A stretch of 32,000 nucleotides of DNA from an archaeon. GTDB lineage: Archaea; Iainarchaeota; Iainarchaeia; Iainarchaeales; CSSED10-239. The translations under genes were made by a program, and so were the position numbers. The DNA lies in contig JBAYPN010000003.1 of the NCBI GenBank assembly GCA_041677685.1, positions 13,506-45,505 on the forward strand, given 5' to 3'. This document shows, one piece after another, positions 10,401-18,300 of this stretch (position 1 is its first letter; every line of letters starts with the position of its first letter). The notes below the pieces were generated by a model that saw only the letters and a program-made list of their open reading frames with translations, was not told the DNA's origin and did not search any database.

Positions 10401-10436
10401 CAACAAACTTATAAGTTTCATATTTTCTCTTTTCAT
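7407..10436 (-). CDS. Secreted 1009-aa protein; a free-standing copy of the C-module found fused in the neighbouring giants. Function unknown.
   Basis: ORF track. The ATG at 10436 has AAGGTG 7 nt upstream. The N-terminus MKRENMKLISLLFVFVIVVGVFSFGVYA/DG looks like a Sec signal peptide. It is followed by the Gly-rich hydrophobic stretch AGAINQGSSALDSLFNLFGTGINKLIGLNPIVHGLLGGAFSGF. Several blocks are shared with the 1-7317 ORF (YCDATQ, GPExxSxxYxxPFxGxVG, RQGYGL, WTGVG, EWP...YTP). Confidence 0.93.
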   Translation of the reverse strand: MKRENMKLISLLFVFVIVVGVFSFGVYADGDEETTQNTNILGNLTNTAGAINQGSSALDSLFNLFGTGINKLIGLNPIVHGLLGGAFSGFNTYKNLNKDIDFTVTKDKVNISEDERDYIDKDKFNSADYANYGDQLYEGRIQGVQREETTNNSRSINSSDGPYDTMVLTDKNVFDIEYIKTQPLSTLYEENTSPAFRLEKETTVQQLYNLDNNSVQGQKRGMLFEDPNKSIQNSYEYRYLVAKYKKAEYKGNINVSLKTSDLLDGEWLTFLLSPFSTGKNLLSLDKVSDNKKLNEEIRNARTVKDIYQIFHLQFNSWTNDENATLNYDQLDCFDESGLPIGTTGQETLPKVAFDWTFADKSNTSTAINGNQLDRVEWCDVNPNDKTKSGIYCDATQFSIEVLRKINEINKFVEQNKSQFICPQPGVNRPIITDVNNIGVSSLDSSYDGINKILVDYRVEGGFDVWAAPNQTIAQLEIKFNSTSKADPISNTVTLNIIADDIRIHGVFEGTEEFIVGYLPDSTDYEVTAKLINFVETIPNLKGDDELKNMFNTSAVECALDHTSQNIKLFSKKINPKFKDDVYVNFRSLLMYDGYSDDFRMDFDEYYRTQFMGVSNFYYNPTGNGDDLYKYFIHPDKFKFQIGFDEGKTLSGPGRYEVQVNIEYDDQWRLFDDAHNLVGDITIKLTKEIGPEMDSPVYYMPFDGVVGITTPNARQGYGLDYIGDVIDLDHEINMRSEPFTSSNTVNTLSVKEYGVRAEDFAIMNNNQTRGMILSINTDSAHRNPNLRFVPSRASPVVLKVGNQLNDAYAFYKLSIGNPENLGGVAAHPGQELTKWTGVGECNDFTGVPIQQMFLNKPDLLATNSQLAPHTPSQTYSYGVEWPEDIIIRKGNVFLRTIFYTPSNFTTGTGISQLYADSYSDDMMLYTYNGNQEISGKDIELKNVFGQSYDIKSLKQIYDLVAEKKACINYSATNLEVYYNPKAIIEKFFNNSMEYEEQNVWAESKGGCIKD

Positions 10437-10443
10437 TTTATTA

Positions 10444-10449
10444 CACCTT
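10444..10449 (-). promoter_or_regulatory. Shine-Dalgarno AAGGTG, 7 nt upstream of the ATG at 10436.
   Basis: The plus strand reads cacctt at 10444-10449. Confidence 0.6.
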
Positions 10450-10521
10450 TCTACTAATATAATACCTTAAATACATTTTTAAATGTTTATTAATCTTATA
10501 TTTTTCCTCTTTAATTTAATT

Positions 10522-13500
10522 TTAACATTTTTTTTGTACATCTGCACCTTTTAATATTATAAAATAATTATTTACCACAGTTATTAAATTTCTAATCTGC
10601 AATCTTGAAGAATATTCTATTGTATCTAATTGTTCTATTTCTAAAAGTTTATCTTTAATACTATCTAAATTATTATTATACCTATTTAATTCAGATTGAG
10701 TATACATATCACTATTCTCAAAAATTATATCAGAATAACAATTATATTTTATATTAATACTATATATTTTACTATCAATTAAATTTCTAATCTCCTTATT
10801 TATTACCAAATTTGTTTGTAAAATTTCAGATGTAAAAGAATTAAGTTCATTAATTAAAGAACTAAATGTTGTTGAATCTCCAAAATAAGAACTAGACTTA
10901 TCTTCTGCAAGCGAATATCTACCAAGATATCTATCATAATGATTATCAACAACAGGCAAATTATTATCTAAAATTTCAAAATGATAATTTTTATATAAAT
11001 TTAAATATGATGTTAGATCCAAAAAAGCTAATTGTATTGACTTAATATTTTTTTGATTTAAATCATTTAAAGTAGAAGTTAACCTACTAATATCATCAAT
11101 TACAAAATTATATATATCATTAATATTTGTGTATAATTCTAAACTAACATCATAACTTATATTTTCAAATGCTCTTTTGCTTTCTTGTAATCTATTATCT
11201 ATTTCTTGTACATGATTAGGTGTTACATTCCCCATACTATCATAAATATTTTTTAAATAATTAAATTGATTTATAGATTCAACATATTTACTATAGTAAG
11301 TTGTATATTGATCATAACTTAAAATACTATCTAAATTATTAGTAGTTTTTAGACTAATTATATTTTTATTATATCTAGATAGCTGATCAGAATATTCTAA
11401 ATAGTTATTAATAATTAAATCATCGGTGATCTTATCTCTTAAATTATTATCAAAATCGTTTAATAAGTTACTTATTTTTGAATATATAACAGTATATTTC
11501 TCTATATTAAAAATACTATTATTTGATAAATTTAAAGATATCAAATTATCTAAAATTTCTTTTTTACCAAATAAATTATCATACTCTAGTTCAGACTTAG
11601 CATATAAATCTTGTAATATCTTTTTATTCTCTAACAAAACAGAATCATATTCTATTTTTAATTGCTTACAACTTTTTTCAACCAAATTTTTATATTTAGT
11701 AATCTCCTTATATTTTTCATCATTTGAAATTGAAGTATCATTCACACTATTTTGTAAATTTAATAAATTTAATTTGCAATCATCAAGATTATCAAATCTT
11801 GTATAAGTTCGGTCCTTTAAATTTGAAGCATTATTTTTAATACTAGAATAATAACTAATATCTTTTTCAGCAATACTAACTAAATTTAAAATATCATTGT
11901 CAGTAATTCTACTAACACAATTTTGTGTATAAAGATTATTAAATAAGTTTACTTTGGAATTATTTAAAGTATTTAAAGTACTATATTTAGAACTAACAGT
12001 TGTATATTCATCTTGTAATTGAGAAGAAATATTTAATAACTCTTCGATCTTATCCATACTTGACTTAATATAACCTAACTCTTTAGCAACTTCTTTAGCC
12101 AAATAAGCAAAACTCTCAGTATTTTGACTATCTAGATAATTTTCACAAACACTTTTCTTTTTTAAGCCTAAAAATCCTTTTGGTAAATCATTAAATGATT
12201 CTATATCTTTATATTCATTAACAAAATCTTGAAGTTCATCTAATTTATCAGAAGTGTGTTTTAATTGATTTATTGTATTTGAAACCAACTCACCTTGTGT
12301 TTTCTTATAATCTATAATTTGCAAATAAAATTTATAAGTTGTATCAAAATTAGATTTTAGAATTGAAAAATCCTTTCCTGACTTTAGATTTGGAGCTTCA
12401 ATTTTCAATTTATTTATTTGTGCATATTCTTCCATTCCTGAATCTAAGTTATTTTTTGCAGATTCTAAAAGAGTATTAGTTAAAGTATCTAAAGTTTCAT
12501 TTGTTTTTAAATTTAAACTATTTCTATATTGATTTAATTCATCTATCTTATTTGTAATATCAGAATCATAATCGCTATTAAATTTAATAATAAAATCAGG
12601 ATTATAATTTTTTGTAAAATCTTCATAAATTGGTTTTAAATAATTTTTAAATGAAAGTAATTTATCAGAATTAAACAAACTTAAATCAGATTCTAAATTA
12701 TCTGCTAAAGAACTATATTGTGTTACACCATCTCTTTTAAATAAACCTAAAACATACTCTGCATTTTCAATTGCAATTTTATAGTCATTATCTTCTACAA
12801 TAGTATCAAAATGTAATTTGTTATATATATTTTTTTTAGTTGGATTATCTTTTATAATATCTTCTTCCATAACAGAAATTATAAACACTATCTTTTCATT
12901 TAGTTTTTCTAGTTCAGAATTTTTAGATCTTAAATTATAAGTTGTAATAGTATTTATTTCTGATTCTATTTCTGAAATTTCAGAAGTACAATTATATATA
13001 TAATATAATAAAGCCTGTGAAAAATCTTTTTTTAAATTATTGTAAATTTCACATTTATTTTTAGTATCTTCTAATAATTTATTATAATTTTCTAAATCTG
13101 AAGAATCAAGCACATCTTCAAACACATCTTTAAATTCTTCAAAATATTCAGAATGTGATATCAACTCAGAATAATTTTTTGAAAATTCTAAATAATTTTT
13201 CAAATCTACCTTTTTTGAAGAAGAAATATAGTTTATATTTTCTTTTAAAGAAGTAATTTTACTTTGAATATCAAGTTTAGAATATCCTTTTATTATATCA
13301 CTAGAAAACTTTTCAGATAATATTTTCTCAACAACTACTATTTGTGTGTTTAACTCAGAACTTAATTCTTTTGCATTTCCTAAAATCAAACTAATTTGAG
13401 AATCTAACATTAATTGATTACCATCAACCAAATTTTTTTTATCTGTTAAAGAAATATGACTTTTAGCAATTTGGTTGCTACCAATTAAGTTATTAAGACT

Positions 13501-14499
13501 AGACATTTCTTTCTCTAAACCTTCTTTTGCTAATTTTGCTAACCTTATTTTCTCAGTATTTTGTTCTAATGATTTAATTGTATTTAATTTGTCTAAAATA
13601 ATAATAGAGTTATTTAAATTATTAATTAAATCTTTTTTATGAATTGTTTTTTTTAATTTTTCTAAATCGTTACTTAAATCTTTTTGATTTATACAATTTT
13701 TTGTATATAGTTCAGAAGCTTCTTTTTTAACAACTAAAAACTTTGCTTTTTCAGAATCTGAAAAGAAATTTTTAACATCTTGAGATAATTTTAAAATATC
13801 AGGACAATTAGAAGTATTATAGTCCTTAGTAAGTTTATTTAAAAAAGATGAATATATATCTAAATTATATCCTGATAATGCAGAATTATTTTTTTTTAAG
13901 TTTTTACAAAGAAAATTTATATTTGAAGAATTATTTTCTTGTTGAGCTGCAAAAAATCCAGTTTTCGTATTATTATAATCTGTAATTTCTCTTGATATTT
14001 CTTCTTTTATATTTACTATATAATCTATTTTTTCAGCACAATTTTTTGAGGATAAATCTGCTATCTCTGAATTTGCTTGTAAATCATTTGTTGCACCTGT
14101 TAAATTAGTACTCAATTGATTTATTTGTTGACTTAAAGATTGTTTAAATTCTTGTGAAAAATGAGGTGAATTTTGAATATCTTTATATAATTTTCTCTTC
14201 TCTTTTAATATAAATCTTTCAATATCATCAAATTTTTTTTGTGCTTTTATTAATTGTACTTCTAGTTTAGAATTTTTATCAGGATCTGTTGATGTTTGAT
14301 ATTCTGTTAAAATTTTTTTAAGAAAAGCTATATGCTCATTTTGCTTTTTAACTAGTTCTATATTATATTCTTGAATTTTTTTTTTTATTTTATCTTTTGG
14401 AACTTCTTGAGAATAAATATTTGAACTAATAAAAATAACTATAAATAAAAGAATTAAAAAACTAAAAATTATTTTTTTACATATTTTATAATCACTCAT
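10522..14499 (-). CDS. 1325-aa signal-peptide or anchor protein rich in Lys/Asn/Ile/Leu/Glu/Ser and poor in Gly/Pro. Predicted to be a long alpha-helical or coiled-coil protein.
   Basis: ORF track (10522-14511). The track's first codon is TTG at 14509-14511. I prefer the ATG at 14497-14499, which gives MSDYKICKKIIFSFLILLFIVIFISSNIYS/QE. A stop-free frame of nearly 4 kb in DNA this AT-rich cannot be chance. The coiled-coil call rests on composition only. Confidence 0.9.
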   Translation of the reverse strand: MSDYKICKKIIFSFLILLFIVIFISSNIYSQEVPKDKIKKKIQEYNIELVKKQNEHIAFLKKILTEYQTSTDPDKNSKLEVQLIKAQKKFDDIERFILKEKRKLYKDIQNSPHFSQEFKQSLSQQINQLSTNLTGATNDLQANSEIADLSSKNCAEKIDYIVNIKEEISREITDYNNTKTGFFAAQQENNSSNINFLCKNLKKNNSALSGYNLDIYSSFLNKLTKDYNTSNCPDILKLSQDVKNFFSDSEKAKFLVVKKEASELYTKNCINQKDLSNDLEKLKKTIHKKDLINNLNNSIIILDKLNTIKSLEQNTEKIRLAKLAKEGLEKEMSSLNNLIGSNQIAKSHISLTDKKNLVDGNQLMLDSQISLILGNAKELSSELNTQIVVVEKILSEKFSSDIIKGYSKLDIQSKITSLKENINYISSSKKVDLKNYLEFSKNYSELISHSEYFEEFKDVFEDVLDSSDLENYNKLLEDTKNKCEIYNNLKKDFSQALLYYIYNCTSEISEIESEINTITTYNLRSKNSELEKLNEKIVFIISVMEEDIIKDNPTKKNIYNKLHFDTIVEDNDYKIAIENAEYVLGLFKRDGVTQYSSLADNLESDLSLFNSDKLLSFKNYLKPIYEDFTKNYNPDFIIKFNSDYDSDITNKIDELNQYRNSLNLKTNETLDTLTNTLLESAKNNLDSGMEEYAQINKLKIEAPNLKSGKDFSILKSNFDTTYKFYLQIIDYKKTQGELVSNTINQLKHTSDKLDELQDFVNEYKDIESFNDLPKGFLGLKKKSVCENYLDSQNTESFAYLAKEVAKELGYIKSSMDKIEELLNISSQLQDEYTTVSSKYSTLNTLNNSKVNLFNNLYTQNCVSRITDNDILNLVSIAEKDISYYSSIKNNASNLKDRTYTRFDNLDDCKLNLLNLQNSVNDTSISNDEKYKEITKYKNLVEKSCKQLKIEYDSVLLENKKILQDLYAKSELEYDNLFGKKEILDNLISLNLSNNSIFNIEKYTVIYSKISNLLNDFDNNLRDKITDDLIINNYLEYSDQLSRYNKNIISLKTTNNLDSILSYDQYTTYYSKYVESINQFNYLKNIYDSMGNVTPNHVQEIDNRLQESKRAFENISYDVSLELYTNINDIYNFVIDDISRLTSTLNDLNQKNIKSIQLAFLDLTSYLNLYKNYHFEILDNNLPVVDNHYDRYLGRYSLAEDKSSSYFGDSTTFSSLINELNSFTSEILQTNLVINKEIRNLIDSKIYSINIKYNCYSDIIFENSDMYTQSELNRYNNNLDSIKDKLLEIEQLDTIEYSSRLQIRNLITVVNNYFIILKGADVQKKC
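14376..14386 (-). repeat. A11 homopolymer (T11 on the plus strand) inside the 5' part of the 1325-aa CDS, at codons I-K-K-K-I.
   Basis: Read directly: t at every position 14376-14386. It encodes ata aaa aaa aaa att within EVPKDKIKKKIQEY. Confidence 0.9.
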
Positions 14500-14513
14500 A
14501 AAATTACACAACT

Positions 14514-15353
14514 TTAATTATTTACACAGCATTTTTGATACATTTCACCAGAAAAATTAGGTACATCACAATTTATTATTTCTATATTTAATTCTGTATT
14601 ATCTACATTTAACCAAAAAAGATTAACAAAATTATCCAATTCAATATTTGATTCACAACCATATCTTTTTGTACCATCTGAAGTTGTATACGGATATTTA
14701 TTTCTATATCCTTCTAAAAATAAGCTACAACATTCTTCAAAAACAATATGTCCTAAAGGAGAATTACAAGCATCAAAAGTTCCACCAACTACATTAGTAT
14801 CTAATTTACAAGCTCTTGCAAGATTATCATTTTGTCCACTACACATATAAGCGTAAGGATCACCTTGCATTCTTAAATTATAACCAATACAATTTTCTTG
14901 AGGTTGAAGAACTTCTAAAGGATATTCACAAGCAGAATCAGCAAGATATTCACAAACATTAGACACATCTAAATTTTGATTATTCAAACAATTTTGTTTA
15001 AAATTATTATAAGCTAAAATATCTGCATTTAAATCATTATAAGTTCTATTAATATCATCTAGTTTTTCATCAATTTCCTTAATCTTAACCATTTTTTCTT
15101 CTAATAAAGGATATATACATGACCCATCTGAACTTTTAAAACAAGCTAATATCTCTTCTAAAACAGGCATAACTTCATCATATAATACTACAAGTGATGT
15201 GTTATAAGAATCAATATCTTTATTTAAACTATCTTTATAATTTTCTAAACCCTCACAAGTATAAGTACCTTCTGAAAATAAAAAACCTAAATTTAAAATA
15301 CCTATAACTAAAATCATCAATAATGATAATAATATCTTATAATATCCTTTCAT
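14514..15353 (-). CDS. 279-aa secreted or anchored cysteine-rich protein (16 Cys, two CC doublets).
   Basis: ORF track. The ATG at 15353 has AGGT 7 nt upstream. The N-terminus is MKGYYKILLSLLMILVIGILNLGFLFSEG. By hand count there are 16 cysteines, including FEECCSLF and YQKCCVNN. Its stop lies 14 nt before the ATG of the next gene. Confidence 0.85.
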   Translation of the reverse strand: MKGYYKILLSLLMILVIGILNLGFLFSEGTYTCEGLENYKDSLNKDIDSYNTSLVVLYDEVMPVLEEILACFKSSDGSCIYPLLEEKMVKIKEIDEKLDDINRTYNDLNADILAYNNFKQNCLNNQNLDVSNVCEYLADSACEYPLEVLQPQENCIGYNLRMQGDPYAYMCSGQNDNLARACKLDTNVVGGTFDACNSPLGHIVFEECCSLFLEGYRNKYPYTTSDGTKRYGCESNIELDNFVNLFWLNVDNTELNIEIINCDVPNFSGEMYQKCCVNN

Positions 15354-15360
15354 ATTAATT

Positions 15361-15364
15361 ACCT
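15361..15364 (-). promoter_or_regulatory. Weak Shine-Dalgarno AGGT, 7 nt upstream of the ATG at 15353.
   Basis: The plus strand reads acct at 15361-15364. The match is short. Confidence 0.4.
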
Positions 15365-15391
15365 AATTTTTTAAAATTAATAAAAACAACT

Positions 15392-18300
15392 CTATTCAAC
15401 TTCTGGTAACATTTGATTAGAAAGTTTTTTTGTTTGTTCAATCATATCCTTTACCATATTAATTACATTTTGATTATCAGTATCTGAGCCAGAAGATGCT
15501 ACCTCTTGCCCAGGAGAATTAGTATATAAAAACCTCATCTTAATAGGTGATGGAGCAGGAGTACTAATTCCTGCTAATTTATTATATCTTTTTAATTTCT
15601 CATTATACTGATTTATAAATGGAGTACATCCATTAATATTTTTCAACTCACCATTCTCATCAATACAACCATTATCTCTTAATTTTTGCAAAATATCATC
15701 CAACTCATCTAAAGCTTCTTGTAACTTCTTATCTTTACTCTTAAAGAGGTTAGATATAGCACTAGATTGTATCAAAGCAGAACCACCAGCAGTCATTAAA
15801 GCATCTCTTAGCCCTGACAAGAAAGCCATTCCAAGTCTGCTTGAGTTACTTAGCTTAGCTTGTCCTGTTATTTCTTGTTGATAACAAACATTAATTAAGT
15901 TAGCTGTATCATATGATTTTGCCTTAACCTCTAAACCTGTATTTTCAGAAGTCTCACTTCTAAACAGATCAAACTCATATCTATCTAAGTCTAAACAAGA
16001 ATCAATTGGTCTAACAATTACTTTTATTTTTCCAACGTTTCTTTCACTTCCTCTTCCATCTGCTAACTTAGAATACACATTTATTTGGTATTGTCCAGGT
16101 ATAGCATCATATGAGGTTACACTTATTTCATTACTTGATCCTGTTTCTGAAACATTAATTGCTTGTCTTGGTTGCATAACAATACCAGTACAGTCATCAC
16201 AAGATAGTCTGTAGGTAGTGTCTGCACCACAACCTTTATTTTCAATAACAAATGTATCTGGGTTCTTGTAAAGTGTTAAGACTTCTTTTGAAAAAAGTAC
16301 ACAATCTTTTAAACTTAAAACATCAATTGTAAAATTATATTCATTAATTATTTCTTGATCTCCAGAGCTTGTAGCATTTACAGATCTAAAGATTATTTTT
16401 CCAGAAATTTCTCCTTTCATCCTTGATGCAGGTTCATATCTTACAATCACTGGATAACCTGTGTCTCTATCAAAGGCATCTAATACTCTTTTATAGTAAC
16501 CATGTGAAAGCTCAACACTTCTACTTCCAACACTTAAATAAAACTTTCCTAAAGGACTACTTGTAAACTCAACTTTTGCTTCAAGTCCACCAGTTAAAGG
16601 CACAGTTCTTTCATTCATTGTACAAGTATTATTTATTGTAAATTGTTTTTCAATAGGTTTTTCTTGAGCTACTGCTGTCCAATCATACTCAGACAAAGTC
16701 AAACAACTTGAGTCATCTAACATTCCATCAAAACCAACAACAACATTTACTGGAATTTCATTTATCCAAACTGGTGAATCTCCAAGTTCTGATCTTAAGG
16801 ATATTCTTAATCTCCCAGAAAGATTTTGAACTTCTCTAATTCCTTCAGCTCTTGGATTAATATTTAAAGTTATTTGTATATTTTTAGAAGCATCATCGTT
16901 GTTTGGAAAATCATTAATTGTGTCTAGACCTTTGATAGTTGTTCCAGAGTAACCAACCAACTGAGCATTAATTCTATCAACATCAATAATATCTAAACCT
17001 TCTCCAAGAAGTTCCATTGATTCTATTTCTAAGTCAAGAGATGAAATATTATTAATGGTTATACTTTCTGTTTTTGATTTTTCATTATAAACATTTAAAG
17101 TGTATGATAATTTCTTTGGAGTTATTGTAAACAACTTATCAGTTGTTGTAATCTCTTGAATATATGTCTCATACTCAGGAGCAGTAACATACACATAGAT
17201 CTTTTCATTTGCACCTTGTTGAGGGATACCATCTACTGTTATTTCTCCTAACTTCCCTACTTCTCTAGGATTAATAAGATTATCTAAAAATCTATCCTTA
17301 ATGTTAACAATTGAGTCATCTACTTCTAAACCTGTTTGGTTATCTTTGACATTAACTAGTAAACTAAAGTCTTTTCCTGCAGGAATAACCATTGGCTTAA
17401 CAGTAACTTTAAAGGTCTTGTCAGATAGAACATTAATAATTATTTCTTTTACAAATTGTATTTGTTGATCAGAAACAAATTTAATTACTAAATGTCTTTC
17501 TCCTGTCAACAATGTTCCAAATTCGATATCTCCTTCTACCTTTTGTTTAGAGGCAAGAGAAGAAATTGCATAATCAAATTCATAATCTCCTGCTTGTGGA
17601 GTTACATTATAGATATTTCCATTTGGTTGAGATATTAAAATCTTTGTAAAATTAAATCCTTCATCTTTATTTTCTATTAATAATCTTGAGTCTATATATT
17701 TTTTATTTTCTTGATTATTAACTAACATAAAATGTAATTTATAATCTTTATTTGGGTAAGCTTCATAGATGTCACTAACATCTGCTCTCAAGTCATTTGT
17801 AACATCAACAATGTTTGCACTAAAACAAAAATCATCAGTACAAAAAATTTCATCTCCAATTCCATAGCTAACAACACTGTAAACATCAAAGTATTCCACA
17901 ACATCTTCAGTCCCAGTATATGGGTTATATGTCTCAATACCGTTGTCTGTTTGCCCATAACCCAAATAATACATCTTTAGTTCTTCTCCAAAGACAGCAA
18001 TATCTTTTACTTTTATGGTTGCTGTTATCTCATAAGCATTCAAATATTCTAAAGATTCATCATTATCATAATTTGTTTCTTTAAAAATTACTTTTGCCCA
18101 TTTAGCATCAGAGTCTGTTTCAGTTTCACTATCTCCAATTCCATCAACCTCATAAGGTTCACTCATGTCAGTATCAAATTGTGTGTATTTTTTAATAGAG
18201 AAAGCATTTGGAACTTCAATAGACTTAATATATAAAGAATCATTCTCTAAATAAACTGTTGAACCAGTTCTAATAATTGCTCCAACACTCTCAAATCTGT

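Noticed and set aside
10473-10486. Palindrome ACATTTAAAAATGT (minus strand) in the spacer upstream of the 1009-aa gene, as a possible hairpin or operator.
   Set aside because: The 6-bp arms are mostly A/T (one C-G pair) and would leave a 2-nt loop, which is not a stable hairpin. Palindromes of this kind are expected by chance in this composition.
14500-14511. TTG-initiated extension of the 1329-aa ORF (MCNF...), and likewise the GTG-initiated extension at 31819-31839 of the protease ORF (MLLIYIF...).
   Set aside because: The first listed codons are TTG (14509-14511) and GTG (31837-31839). An ATG follows 4 and 7 codons later and gives a normal basic n-region plus hydrophobic core. The GTG is itself part of the GGTG word, and the extension would run through the AT-rich promoter-like stretch. 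I could not fully exclude the longer forms.
10522-15353. A drop in G+C across the 1325-aa and 279-aa genes as a sign of horizontal acquisition.
   Set aside because: The drop follows the amino-acid composition of a K/N/I/L/E-rich helical protein. The gene is embedded in the same strand, spacing and signal grammar as its neighbours. My counts come from only a few sampled lines, and I did not sample the 279-aa gene at all, so its lower G+C is unverified.
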